Shown: positions 28,592-37,653, counted from the stretch's first letter. The stretch: DNA of 64,000 bases from Thermoplasmata archaeon (GCA_035532555.1 DATKQS010000004.1:2425-66424); one strand, 5' to 3'. Numbers and translations are program-made. The notes: a model not told the origin generated them from the sequence alone.

Positions 28592-28599
28592 TAATATAG
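28592..28599. promoter_or_regulatory. TATA-like box TAATATAG shared by the divergent acd and mrp genes
   Basis: This is the only AT-rich element in the 70-nt spacer. Its centre is ~30 nt upstream of the mrp ATG (28625), implying a near-leaderless mRNA, and ~41 nt upstream of the acd ATG (28554). Confidence 0.4.
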
Positions 28600-28624
28600 A
28601 CACGGCATCGTTCTCCGGTTCGAT

Positions 28625-29497
28625 ATGGCGACCGATCCCCCGGTCGAGGGCGTCCACCCTCCTTCCACGCCCCCGATGGGTCCTCAGCCTCGCGGCCCGA
28701 GCCGCGGAGTCCTTCAGCGGATGGACAAGGGCCAGATCCGGCACGTGGTCGCGATCGGGAGTGGAAAGGGTGGTGTCGGGAAATCCTCAGCGACCGCCCT
28801 CCTCGCCGCCGAGCTGCGTCGCAGGGGGTTGCACGTCGGGGTCCTTGACGCCGATGTGACGGGGCCGTCGGTTCCGAAACTGTTCGGCCTGACCGGCCCG
28901 CTGGTCGACCGAGGCGAAGGCATCGAACCGTCGACCTCTCCGAGCGGGGTTGTGGTCATCTCTTCCCAGTTCCTCGTTGAGGACGAGCAAACTCCCGTGA
29001 TCTGGCGGGGACCGCTCGTGACGCGGCTCATCACTCAGTTCTTCGGCGGTGTCAACTGGGGAGCGCTCGACTATCTGCTCATCGACATGCCGCCGGGGAC
29101 GAGCGACGTGCCGCTCACCGTCTTCCAGACGATCCCCATCGACGGAATGATCTTCGTCTTCACGCCGCAGGACCTCGCCGCGCTGATCGTCAAGAAGGCG
29201 ATGAACATGGCGCGCGACCTGCACGTCCCGCTCATCGGAATCGTGGAGAACATGGCCGAACTGACGTGCCCCCAGTGCGGCCACCATATCGCCCCGTTCG
29301 GACCGAGCCACGTCGAAGCGGTCGCCCGCGAGTACGGCGTCCCGGTAATCGCGCACCTTCCTCTCGATCCGAAGCTCTCCGAACTATGCGATGCCGGCCG
29401 GGTCGAGCAGTACGCTGCGCCGGCCGTCGCGGCGTACGCCGACACGTTCCTCGCGGCGATCGACCGCGCCGAGAAAGCGAAGCTCACCACCCTGTAG
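28625..29497 (+). CDS. Mrp/NBP35 (ApbC) family Fe-S cluster carrier ATPase
   Basis: 290 aa with deviant Walker A VAIGSGKGGVGKSS, VGVLDADVTGPS and CPQCG. Confidence 0.87.
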   Translation: MATDPPVEGVHPPSTPPMGPQPRGPSRGVLQRMDKGQIRHVVAIGSGKGGVGKSSATALLAAELRRRGLHVGVLDADVTGPSVPKLFGLTGPLVDRGEGIEPSTSPSGVVVISSQFLVEDEQTPVIWRGPLVTRLITQFFGGVNWGALDYLLIDMPPGTSDVPLTVFQTIPIDGMIFVFTPQDLAALIVKKAMNMARDLHVPLIGIVENMAELTCPQCGHHIAPFGPSHVEAVAREYGVPVIAHLPLDPKLSELCDAGRVEQYAAPAVAAYADTFLAAIDRAEKAKLTTL

Positions 29498-29533
29498 ACG
29501 GGTCCGGATCTCCGGTCTCGGGCGATGAACCGC

Positions 29534-30226
29534 CTAGACGCGCGAAACGAATCGGGAGGGAGCGCGTGCGGGCAGCCGGAGGAGGTGGGTGCTGATCACG
29601 ATCGCCCACAGGAGCACCGGAGCGACGATGATCCGCTCGACCGTGCCGGGCCCGAGCGGACCCCAGAGGCTGAACAGGAAGATCACAAGGGCTACGAGCG
29701 TGACGGCTCCGAGAACGATCGTGAAGGCGCGGAACGGGGCCCAGTGCGTTCGTGCCGGCATCGCACCGCTACCGAGGATCAGGAGGCCGAGACCGCTCGG
29801 CGCGAAGACGAGCAGGGAGGCGATGGAGTGGACGGTCCCGTTGAGATTCTCGGGGAAGGCTCCAACGAAGATCGCGGCGACGCCAGCAATCAATAGCAGC
29901 AGCAGCCCGATCGCGCGGGCGGAGCCGGGGGCGAAGGAACTCCAGATGAGCAGGATCCCGATCGCGGCCAGGACCCCGAGCACCGCGATGGAACCGTCGA
30001 AGACGTAGTACCACGGGGACTGGATCGTGTTCCCCAGGTCGCTGATGTAATTCTGGGCGAGAGAGTAGTTGGGGTACCCGAACTGGGCGACAATCATCGC
30101 GGCGATGAACTGGAGGACCGCTCCGATGAGAACGATCGCCCCGTAGTGCACGGTACGATGCATGAGGGGCCGGCTGGAAACCGTCACCGAGGGCTGCTCC
30201 CAAGTGAAATCCGGCGGCTCCCCCAT
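29534..30226 (-). CDS. DUF998-like integral membrane protein
   Basis: 230 aa with ~6 TM helices and a NYISDLG motif after the first helix. Confidence 0.55.
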   Translation of the reverse strand: MGEPPDFTWEQPSVTVSSRPLMHRTVHYGAIVLIGAVLQFIAAMIVAQFGYPNYSLAQNYISDLGNTIQSPWYYVFDGSIAVLGVLAAIGILLIWSSFAPGSARAIGLLLLLIAGVAAIFVGAFPENLNGTVHSIASLLVFAPSGLGLLILGSGAMPARTHWAPFRAFTIVLGAVTLVALVIFLFSLWGPLGPGTVERIIVAPVLLWAIVISTHLLRLPARAPSRFVSRV

Positions 30227-30288
30227 AAAGACATGCGTGCACGCGAAGTCGTCCGGTCGCTCTCGAATCTTGACGATCCGTTTTCGGG

Positions 30289-30636
30289 ATGGCCGCCCGC
30301 ATCAACCCCAAATACGCGGTCGGGGTCGGTCTAGAGATGGCCGCGATCCTGTTCGCCGTTCCCAGCACCCGGCGGGCCGAGCTCGACACGATCCTGAAGG
30401 AGGATCGTATCTCTCGACAGAGTCAGAAGATCCGCGATGCGGCAACGCTCGGGGGAAAGGCAGGCGAGCTCTTCGTCCTGGTGGAGGGCTCGGAGGAGGC
30501 CGTCAAGACCGCGGAGGAGATGTTCGCAAAGATCGGGACGAAGCTTCCTCCCGCCGAGCACGAGCAGGTTCTTCGCCGCATGAAGGAAGAGGACGAGTCC
30601 GCTTCCACAGGCATGGGCCTGTTCTTCACCGAGTAA
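30289..30636 (+). CDS. Hypothetical protein with an acidic, stalk-protein-like C-terminal tail
   Basis: 115 aa with good GC3. It ends ...RRMKEEDESASTGMGLFFTE. No family was recognised. Confidence 0.5.
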   Translation: MAARINPKYAVGVGLEMAAILFAVPSTRRAELDTILKEDRISRQSQKIRDAATLGGKAGELFVLVEGSEEAVKTAEEMFAKIGTKLPPAEHEQVLRRMKEEDESASTGMGLFFTE

Positions 30637-30643
30637 GCTGGGC

Positions 30644-31435
30644 TTACTCTTCGCTCGGGGCGTGCGAGGGCTCGAGATCCTCGCTGCCCGCGAAGATCGC
30701 CTGGCAGGAACGGTAGAACACCTCGAGCCCCGTTCCCTCCTTGGCCGAGACGGGCAGGGCCCCCGCGAGCGCGCCCATCGATTCGAGCGCTCGGAACACC
30801 TCGGTGGACATCTGCAGATCGGGGGTCGGGGTCTCCGCGGTGATCGCCTCGTAGAGCGCCGAAGAATCCTCTACCCACGAGGCGATCTGGGCGAGACGGT
30901 CCGCCGGCAGGATGTCCGCCTTGGAGAGCACGTGTATCATCGGGAGCCGAAGGCGGAACTCGACCGTCGCGGCGAGCATCAACAGGGAGACGTAGCCGGT
31001 CGGTCGGGCGGCGAGCGCCGGATCGAACAGGAACGCGATCGCCGAACGGTCACCGCTGAGCGCCTCGACCATCGCCTTCGAGGATTCGCGGAACGCGAAC
31101 AGCTCCACCTGGCCGGGAGTGTCGACCAGGACGTAGTCGGTCTTCAGCTCCTGGATGGCCTGCTTGATCTCGAAGATCTTGATCGTGATCAGGTCGGCCG
31201 CCGCGACCTGCGCTCCGTTCGGCCCGAGGCCGTACTCGTCCATGACATCGGCCAGGCGCACCCATTCGCGCACATCGACGTCGGGCTCGAAGTTCGTCGC
31301 CTCGCTTCCGGGGTCGAGGTTGACGATCGTCGCGTCGTACCCCGCGCTCTTGAGCCAAGCTCCGTACGCCTGGACGAGCGTGGTCTTTCCCGCCCCGGCG
31401 GTGCCGGTGAAGTATACCGTGGCCGGTTCCTCCAT
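30644..31435 (-). CDS. GPN-loop GTPase
   Basis: 263 aa with Walker A GTAGAGKTT, the GPN loop YGLGPNGA and DTPGQVELF. Confidence 0.88.
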   Translation of the reverse strand: MEEPATVYFTGTAGAGKTTLVQAYGAWLKSAGYDATIVNLDPGSEATNFEPDVDVREWVRLADVMDEYGLGPNGAQVAAADLITIKIFEIKQAIQELKTDYVLVDTPGQVELFAFRESSKAMVEALSGDRSAIAFLFDPALAARPTGYVSLLMLAATVEFRLRLPMIHVLSKADILPADRLAQIASWVEDSSALYEAITAETPTPDLQMSTEVFRALESMGALAGALPVSAKEGTGLEVFYRSCQAIFAGSEDLEPSHAPSEE

Positions 31436-31738
31436 CTACGCGTGTGCTCCCGCCGTGGGGCGAGCTTTGTGGATCTCCGCGGCGATGGCCGTCAGGAACC
31501 GGGCCTTTGTTGTGCCCTTGGATTTCGAGATCTTGACCCGACCAGCGTACGTGTGGAACTGTCGGGGGTACTGCTTGTTCGCCTCGATCTCCGCCGTAAA
31601 GCCGAGCCGCTTCGCGGCCGCCACGATCTCCGCGGTCGAGACCTGCGCACTGGCCATCGCCGTCGGGACCCGCCGCCCGTCGCGGCGCGACAGCTCCACC
31701 GACAGGTAGGCCGGATACACGTAGAAGTGGTCGGGCAC
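31436..31738 (-). CDS. srp19: Signal recognition particle protein SRP19
   Basis: 100 aa with VYPAYLSVELSRRDGRRVP and PRQFHTYAGRVKI. Confidence 0.87.
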   Translation of the reverse strand: MPDHFYVYPAYLSVELSRRDGRRVPTAMASAQVSTAEIVAAAKRLGFTAEIEANKQYPRQFHTYAGRVKISKSKGTTKARFLTAIAAEIHKARPTAGAHA

Positions 31739-31757
31739 GGCGATCGCCGTCCGTGAT

Positions 31758-32156
31758 CTACGCCGCCGACGCGCCGGCGTCGATGCGGACGCCGTTCAGG
31801 ACGCCGTCCTGGCCGGGGCGACTGCGAACGCGGACGCGTCCGAGTTCCGTCTCCAGGATCGCGCCCTTCGTGATGACGTTCCGCTGAACGTAGTTGGGGT
31901 TCGCGGGATTCTCGCGAACCGTGACGACCTTGACATTGCGCGTGAGCTTGGTCGAGGGGTCGTAGACGTTGATGGTCGTGGCCGTGAGGATCCGCATCTT
32001 GCGGTTCCCGCCGCGGACGCGGTACTTCTTCACGGTGCCCGTGCCGACGGTCGCCAGCTGAAGCTCTCGGCCGATCTCATGTCGGCGCTTCTTGCGAATA
32101 GGGCGGAGCCGGCCTCCGGTGCGCTTGCGTCGGGATCGTCCTTGCCAGATTCCCAT
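31758..32156 (-). CDS. rps8e: Ribosomal protein S8e (eS8)
   Basis: MGIWQGRSRRKRTGGRLRPIRKKRRHEIGR... from ATG 32156. The listed ORF starts 10 codons further upstream. Confidence 0.9.
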   Translation of the reverse strand: MGIWQGRSRRKRTGGRLRPIRKKRRHEIGRELQLATVGTGTVKKYRVRGGNRKMRILTATTINVYDPSTKLTRNVKVVTVRENPANPNYVQRNVITKGAILETELGRVRVRSRPGQDGVLNGVRIDAGASAA

Positions 32157-32281
32157 GGTGCGGGTCGCGGGCACGCGGGAGTTCATATATGACCTTTGTC
32201 GAGGGGAATCGCGGGTCGCGCCGTGAGCTGGACACGTCCATCCCGCGGTTCGGGTGGCCTCACCGCCGCGACTAAGACCCC

Positions 32282-32977
32282 GTGTGGGCTTGTGTCCTGC
32301 GAAGGAACCTCATGACCGCTCGGACCGTGCTCGGAGTGGACGAGGCCGGCCGTGGCCCGGTCCTGGGTCCCTTGATCGTCGGCGGGTTCGCCATGGACGA
32401 GGAGCGCCTGGAGAGCCTCCAGGAGCTCGGGGTCCGGGACTCCAAAGAGCTCGCTCCGAACCTTCGGGAGGAGATCTACGAGCAGCTCGGCCGGTACGGC
32501 CGTCGCGAGACCATCGCGCTATTGCCCCCGGAGATCGACGCGGCGGTGGCGCGCGGCGCCTTGAACCAGCTGGAGGCCCGCGCCTTCGGGGAGATGATCG
32601 GCAGGATGCGCCCCGACCGGGCCTACATCGACGCGTGCGACGCCAACGCGCCCCGTTTCGGATCCCTGGTCCGCCGGCTCTCCCGCTGGGAAGGGGAGGT
32701 CGTCTCCCGGCACAAGGCCGATCGGGACATCCCGCTCGTGGGCGCGGCCTCGATCGTCGCGAAGGTCGTCCGCGATCGGGCGATGGTCGCCCTCGGCAAG
32801 GAACTGGGAGCGGATGTCGGCAGCGGATATCAAACGGACCCGGTCACGATCGCGTTCCTGAAGGACCACCTCCCTCGCGCCGGTGAGCGGCCGTACTGGC
32901 TGCGCTCCTCCTGGCGCACAACGGCTAGACTTATGGCCGAACGATCGGCTCGCACGCTGGACGACTTTGCGCCATGA
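32282..32977 (+). CDS. rnhB: Ribonuclease HII
   Basis: GVDEAGRGPVLGPLIV, DSKEL, IDACD and ASIVAKVVRD. The start may be ATG 32312 (MTARTVLGVDEAG). Confidence 0.9.
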   Translation: MWACVLRRNLMTARTVLGVDEAGRGPVLGPLIVGGFAMDEERLESLQELGVRDSKELAPNLREEIYEQLGRYGRRETIALLPPEIDAAVARGALNQLEARAFGEMIGRMRPDRAYIDACDANAPRFGSLVRRLSRWEGEVVSRHKADRDIPLVGAASIVAKVVRDRAMVALGKELGADVGSGYQTDPVTIAFLKDHLPRAGERPYWLRSSWRTTARLMAERSARTLDDFAP

Positions 32978-33309
32978 CGATCGAAGAGGAACTCGCGCTA
33001 CTGGTCGATCGGTTCAACCGTCGCGCGGAGACGAACCCCGGGGTCTCCGAGGAGCTCTCGGGCCTCGAACGCACGATCCGCCTTCGGCTGACGGACGCGG
33101 GATCGTACGCGGTGGATCTGCGCGGAGGACGTCTCGGGAATCTGCGGACTTCGGCCACCGGCCCGGCGGACATCACCATCACGACGGACGTCGCGACGTT
33201 CCACGGACTCGTCCGCAAGGACATCGGCCCGATGAAGGCGATCTTCTCTCAGAAGCTCAAGATCGAGGGGAGCCTCGACGATAAGCTCCTGTTCCGGCGC
33301 CTGCTCTAG
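32974..33309 (+). CDS. SCP2 (sterol carrier protein-like) domain protein
   Basis: 111 aa with ADITITTDVATFHGLVRKDIGPMKAIFSQKLKIEGSLDDKLLF. ATGA overlap with rnhB. Confidence 0.75.
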   Translation: MTIEEELALLVDRFNRRAETNPGVSEELSGLERTIRLRLTDAGSYAVDLRGGRLGNLRTSATGPADITITTDVATFHGLVRKDIGPMKAIFSQKLKIEGSLDDKLLFRRLL

Positions 33310-33311
33310 GG

Positions 33312-33815
33312 CTACGGCAGGAACACGCACGCGGCGATGCAAACGCCATAGTGATCCATGGGGATCACGAGCTCTTCGGTCCGGTAGTAGATCCGTTTCA
33401 GCTCCACGCCACGGAAGTGCGCGATCTCTTCCATCCGCCACTTCAGGAACTCCTTGAGCGACTTCTGCGTGCCGTGCAGATGGCCCTCGGCGACGTACCC
33501 ACCCTCTCCGTCGGTCCGGAACCCGAAGGCGATGCCGGCGCTGATGACCTCGCCCTCTCCCCCGCTGTGGCGGGCGAGAACGCAATGGGTGATCGCTCCG
33601 CGCGCGATCTCGGCGCGGTCGATCTGCCGGATGCCGATCGGCAGGACGCTCGATACGCTGACGAGGTTCTGCTCCCCGATCCCGGCTTTCAGGAGCGCGA
33701 GATCGAAGGCGTTGAGCTCGCTCGTCTTGTTGATCCCGCGACCGCTCGTCACGAAGAAGCGGGTCGGGATCGGGACGAGCGTCTCCGACTTCGGTTTGGA
33801 TGGCCGGCTCGGCAC
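33312..33815 (-). CDS. pdaD: Pyruvoyl-dependent arginine decarboxylase
   Basis: 167 aa with FFVTSGRG, NAFDLALLKAGIGEQNLVSVSSVLP (self-cleavage Ser-Ser region) and GYVAEGH. Confidence 0.88.
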   Translation of the reverse strand: MPSRPSKPKSETLVPIPTRFFVTSGRGINKTSELNAFDLALLKAGIGEQNLVSVSSVLPIGIRQIDRAEIARGAITHCVLARHSGGEGEVISAGIAFGFRTDGEGGYVAEGHLHGTQKSLKEFLKWRMEEIAHFRGVELKRIYYRTEELVIPMDHYGVCIAACVFLP

Positions 33816-33865
33816 GCCGACGAGGGAGGATGCCTATCCCATAAAGATTCGGGGACGGCGCGGGT

Positions 33866-34435
33866 CTAAACGATGATGGCGTGACGACGGCGCATCGACT
33901 CTTCCGTCTCTCCTCGCGTGCGCATCGATTCGGCCACGAGCGCGTCCGTCAGGCGCAAGCTCGCCGACTCGAACAGCGTACCGAGCGGGGCGTAGCGGGG
34001 ACGCTCGGCATCCTCCGAGAACTCGAGCGCGATGAGCGCCGTGGCCGTGTGGGCGAGCTTGGACCGCGCGTGCGCCGTGATCACCACGAGCTCGGCGCCC
34101 TCGCGGCGAACGATGTTGGCGGTCTGCATGCTCGAGTAGCTCTCGCCTCCACCGGAGAGGATGAAGACCGTGTCTCCCCGCTTCACGATCGGCGTGACGC
34201 TCTCCCCGATCACGTACGCCCGCAGCCCGGTTTGGACGAGGCGCATCGCGAAGGCCCGGCCGATGATCCCGCTGCGGCCCGCGCCGTAGACGAAGATCGC
34301 CGGAGCGTGGTCCAGCAGATCGACGATCTTGACGAGGATCGCAGGATCGATCCGTTCGAGAGCCGCGCTGACGCGGGCTCCGATGTAGCGCTCGGCTGCG
34401 AGGAAGAGTTCCGGGTCAGCGGTGTCGCGCGGCAT
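33866..34435 (-). CDS. SIS-domain sugar-phosphate isomerase (6-phospho-3-hexuloisomerase-like)
   Basis: IFVYGAGRSGIIGRAFAMRL, VFILSGGGES and AELVVITA. Start chosen at ATG 34435 (MPRDTADPEL); the listed ORF begins at 34471. Confidence 0.68.
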   Translation of the reverse strand: MPRDTADPELFLAAERYIGARVSAALERIDPAILVKIVDLLDHAPAIFVYGAGRSGIIGRAFAMRLVQTGLRAYVIGESVTPIVKRGDTVFILSGGGESYSSMQTANIVRREGAELVVITAHARSKLAHTATALIALEFSEDAERPRYAPLGTLFESASLRLTDALVAESMRTRGETEESMRRRHAIIV

Positions 34436-35624
34436 GGCGTCGACCCTCCCGGCGCTTCTGCTTCTTCGCACGGCGGGTCGGCCCTCGCTTCGGGCGGCCG
34501 TGGGATTTCGATACGGAAGGGCGAGTACGCGACGCGGGCCGAGCGTACGGCTTCGTCTTGCTCGGGATCGGTGCGGTCGCCTTGGGCTTGGACGCGAGTG
34601 CGGGAGGCGGGCTGTGCTTCTTCATCCAGCGCCGCGTGAGCGCCCGTTCGTACAGGACTTTCATGTACATCGCGTCGTGCTCGAGCAGCGGCGAGCTCGA
34701 GATCACGGTGGCGTCGTAGTCGCGCTCGGCCAAGAGCTCGGCGAGCGGGTCGAACCGAACCGTTCCGCGCTTGATCGGGGTGAGCCGAAACTCCCCGGGG
34801 CGGTAGATCTCCACCCCGGAGAAGTTCAGGTAGAGGGACCCGCCGCTCGCTCGGAGGAACTCCTGGAGCACCGGGTCGAGGTCCTCGGGTTTCTCGAACG
34901 TCTTGCCCTCTCGGGCGGCGAGATGCGGGAGATTGAGGATCGGGACCGTTCCTTTGACCCGTCGGACGAGCTCGAGCACCTCCTGCTGGGAGCCGAAAAC
35001 GTCCGGGTGTCCGCTCGGCTCGATCCCGAGGCGGACCGTGCCCTTGCTGTACTGGTTGAGCCAGGTCGAGAGCTCCTGAACGATCTGCGTGATTGCCTCG
35101 ATCGACTGGTCGTGGCCGACCGCGCCGTAGAACCCGAGGTGGGTCATCACCATCCGGGCGCCGAGGCCCTCGGCGAGCACCGCCGCCCACTGGATCTGGC
35201 GTTGCGAGCGTTCCCGAGCCTCGTCGCTGCCGAAGAAGTCGACGTAGTACGGGGCGTGCAGCGTGAGATCGACGTCCAGTGCCCGCGCGAGCGCTTTCGT
35301 CTGCTGGAGATCCGTGTAGTCCTTCGCGAGGCTCGTGCTGATCGTCGTGACGTTGTCGCGACGCTTGAGCGGGCTCGTCAGCATCGCCAAGGTCGGTTGG
35401 GCCCCCGCGGCGCCGTTGTTGCCCACCGTTACGACCAGCTGCTGGAGGAGTTCCCGCGGGCTCTTCGCCACCTCCTCGTCCATGGCGAGCCGCGAGAGCG
35501 GATTGACCTTGATGAACTGGATCTCCATGGCGGTGAGGCCGAGATGGTGAATGTCCGCGATCCCATCGCGCAGGGTTCGGCCCTTGCACGAAAGAGGGAT
35601 CCCCGCAGGTCCAAAACGGATCAC
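34416..35624 (-). CDS. Xylose isomerase-like TIM-barrel protein (AP endonuclease family 2 fold) with a Lys/Arg/Pro-rich C-terminal tail
   Basis: 402 aa with MIRFGPAGIP..., LTLHAPYYVDFF, MVMTHLGFY and RLGIEPSGH. The last ~70 aa are KKHSPPPALASKPKATAPIPSKTKPYARPASRTRPSVSKSHGRPKRGPTRRAKKQKRREGRRHAARHR. Confidence 0.65.
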   Translation of the reverse strand: MIRFGPAGIPLSCKGRTLRDGIADIHHLGLTAMEIQFIKVNPLSRLAMDEEVAKSPRELLQQLVVTVGNNGAAGAQPTLAMLTSPLKRRDNVTTISTSLAKDYTDLQQTKALARALDVDLTLHAPYYVDFFGSDEARERSQRQIQWAAVLAEGLGARMVMTHLGFYGAVGHDQSIEAITQIVQELSTWLNQYSKGTVRLGIEPSGHPDVFGSQQEVLELVRRVKGTVPILNLPHLAAREGKTFEKPEDLDPVLQEFLRASGGSLYLNFSGVEIYRPGEFRLTPIKRGTVRFDPLAELLAERDYDATVISSSPLLEHDAMYMKVLYERALTRRWMKKHSPPPALASKPKATAPIPSKTKPYARPASRTRPSVSKSHGRPKRGPTRRAKKQKRREGRRHAARHR

Positions 35625-35726
35625 GAGTAATCGACCCTCAAAAACAGTGGGCCGAGGTCATATCGTCCCTCTATTTATCGGGGCTCCCGGCGCACGGCCG
35701 CCTCGCTTCGGGTCCGTCGAGAGTGT

Positions 35727-36368
35727 CTAGAGGGGGCCGGGCGGCACGGAAGTGGGTGCGCTCGGACGCCCGCGCTTCGCCGAGAAGCCGAGGCCGATCA
35801 GGTACATCTCGGAGGACTGTTCGCGCGAGGCGGGAGGCTTCGTGCGGGCCCATCGGGCGAAGTACGGGCGCAGTTCCTCCTCGAGCTCCCCGCGCATGTC
35901 GCCGTCGAACACCTTCGCGGCGAAGGAGCCGTTCTCGCGGAGTACCTCGCGGGCGAGCGCGAACGCCGCGCGAACGAGCTCCACGCTGCGGGCGTGATCG
36001 GTCGCGTACGCCCCGCTGATCCGGGGCGAGAGATCGGAGAGCACCGTGTCGAACCCGACGCGTCCGAGTCGCGCGAGAAGTCTCGGGTCACCGACCCGGC
36101 CGTGGATCGGGTGGATGCCCTCGGCGGCCTCGAAGGCGCGCTGGTCGACCGCCACGACCGTGCCCCGAGGGCCGATGAGGTCGCGCGCGACGAGCGACCA
36201 GCCGCCGGGGGCGGCCCCGAGATCGAGGACCCGGGCCCCGGGCCGGAGGATGGGAAATCGGGAGGCGAGGAACGTCAGCTTGAACGCCGCCCGCGAGCGC
36301 AATCCCTCCTTCTGCGCCGCGCGGTAGTACGGATCGCGCCGACGCTCTGCCACAAACCGTCGGACCAT
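35727..36368 (-). CDS. rlmE: 23S rRNA 2'-O-ribose methyltransferase RlmE/FtsJ
   Basis: 213 aa with DPYYRAAQKEGLRSRAAFKL, VLDLGAAPGGWS and DLSP...G. Confidence 0.87.
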   Translation of the reverse strand: MVRRFVAERRRDPYYRAAQKEGLRSRAAFKLTFLASRFPILRPGARVLDLGAAPGGWSLVARDLIGPRGTVVAVDQRAFEAAEGIHPIHGRVGDPRLLARLGRVGFDTVLSDLSPRISGAYATDHARSVELVRAAFALAREVLRENGSFAAKVFDGDMRGELEEELRPYFARWARTKPPASREQSSEMYLIGLGFSAKRGRPSAPTSVPPGPL

Positions 36369-36430
36369 GGGAACACGGCCGAGGAATCGACCGTACTTGA
36401 AGCGGCCCCGAGCGGGAGCCGGGCGGCCGG

Positions 36431-36505
36431 TGGGGCCGTCCGAATTTGAATCGGAGTCTCTTGCACCCCAAGCAAGAAGGATGGTCCAAGCTACCCCACG
36501 GCCCC
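36431..36505 (-). tRNA. tRNA-Pro (anticodon GGG), no intron, CCA not encoded
   Basis: Hand-folded minus-strand sequence: GGGGCCG UG GGGU AGCUUGGACCA UCCU U CUUGC UUGGGGU GCAAG AGAC UCCGA UUCAAAU UCGGA CGGCCCC A. It has a 7-bp acceptor stem, U8, A14, G18G19, A21, U33, anticodon GGG, G37, a T-loop UUCAAAU and discriminator A. Confidence 0.85.
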
Positions 36506-36539
36506 GAAACCGCGCCGGCGGGTTCGGGACCGGGGCCGC

Positions 36540-36547
36540 TTAGATAA
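36540..36547 (-). promoter_or_regulatory. TATA-like box (TTATCTAA on the minus strand) upstream of tRNA-Pro
   Basis: Its centre is ~38 nt upstream of the mature tRNA 5' end. It is the only AT-rich element nearby. Confidence 0.3.
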
Positions 36548-36568
36548 GGTTGCCCCGAGAACGGCGAG

Positions 36569-36763
36569 CTAATGCACGAGGAGCCAGGCGACCGTGCCTG
36601 CAGCGCCGATAATCGCTGTGCTGGCGATGGCGAGCCAGAAGAACATCCGGAGCTCCTGCCTTCCCCACTGCGGGCTCACGTCCGGCGATGGGGTCGAGCT
36701 TCCCGGAGTGGTCCCGTAGGGCGTCTCCCAGCCGGCCGTAGAATCGCTCATGCTCGTTAGCAC
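36569..36763 (-). CDS. Hypothetical small membrane protein (64 aa, one C-terminal TM helix)
   Basis: MLTSMSDSTAGWETPYGTTPGSSTPSPDVSPQWGRQELRMFFWLAIASTAIIGAAGTVAWLLVH. GC3 is moderately high. It lies downstream of the 233-aa hypothetical gene. Confidence 0.35.
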   Translation of the reverse strand: MLTSMSDSTAGWETPYGTTPGSSTPSPDVSPQWGRQELRMFFWLAIASTAIIGAAGTVAWLLVH

Positions 36764-36842
36764 GAGGAGGCGCGGCCGTTCTTAATCCCTGCGTTCTTTC
36801 GCCCCGGCTCCCCCGGTGCCGGGGCGGTACTCGAGCGCGGGC

Positions 36843-37544
36843 TCACGCCGCGAACCAGGGCAGGCGGGCCGAGGGGCCCGTCGGCTTGAGGACCAAGAGG
36901 TGCAGGTTGGCGCCGGGGTCCCCCGGGGCGTAGGAGTCCTTCATCGCCATCTGGTAGATCAGGAAGAGCGCCTCCTCGTCCGTTCTCACGTCGAGCGAGC
37001 GGTGGACGTCGATGCCGAATCGCGTACGCAGGAGCGTCAGCATCTCCTCGAAGTCGATCTGCGCGGCGCCCTCGCTGTCCTGAGCGCGCTGGAACATCCC
37101 CACGACGACCCCCGTGGCGATCCGCAGGACCTCCCGGCGGTCAACGACGCGCGGGTGCCAGTGGGGGGCGATGTCCCCCTGCACGGGGACGGGGACGACG
37201 AGGATCGCGAGCTCGGAGTCGATCGGCGAGTACTTCCCTCGGGCGATCCGGTCCCAGGCCTCATCCGCGGCACGATCGGAGTGCACGACGAGGATCGCGC
37301 GATCCTCCCGCATCCGCGCACTCTTGGGGCGCGTGTTCCACCGCCCGAGCCACTCGGACGATGTGCTCGCGACAAAGACCGGCCAGGTCCGACGGGGCAC
37401 GCCCGCCTCCTGGACCCAGAACGTAGGAGAAAGGCCCGCGTCGCCCTGGTCCGGTTGGATCCGAGCGTAGCCGAACTTCCGCAGTACGTCCTCGGCGGCG
37501 CGCTTGTGCTCGGCGGGCTCGACGGGGCGTTCAGGAGATGTCAT
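36843..37544 (-). CDS. Hypothetical protein (233 aa), no recognised domain
   Basis: Balanced, protein-like composition with good GC3. The + strand partner ORF 36816..37550 is the shadow. Confidence 0.55.
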   Translation of the reverse strand: MTSPERPVEPAEHKRAAEDVLRKFGYARIQPDQGDAGLSPTFWVQEAGVPRRTWPVFVASTSSEWLGRWNTRPKSARMREDRAILVVHSDRAADEAWDRIARGKYSPIDSELAILVVPVPVQGDIAPHWHPRVVDRREVLRIATGVVVGMFQRAQDSEGAAQIDFEEMLTLLRTRFGIDVHRSLDVRTDEEALFLIYQMAMKDSYAPGDPGANLHLLVLKPTGPSARLPWFAA

Positions 37545-37653
37545 CGATAGCGATAGGGTGCGGGTCGAAATAAGGACGTTGGCGGACCGGCGGCACGTTT
37601 CCTACAGGTAACTTGCTCCGGCGAGTCCCGGCCCCGCGGGGGCTCCGGCGGGC

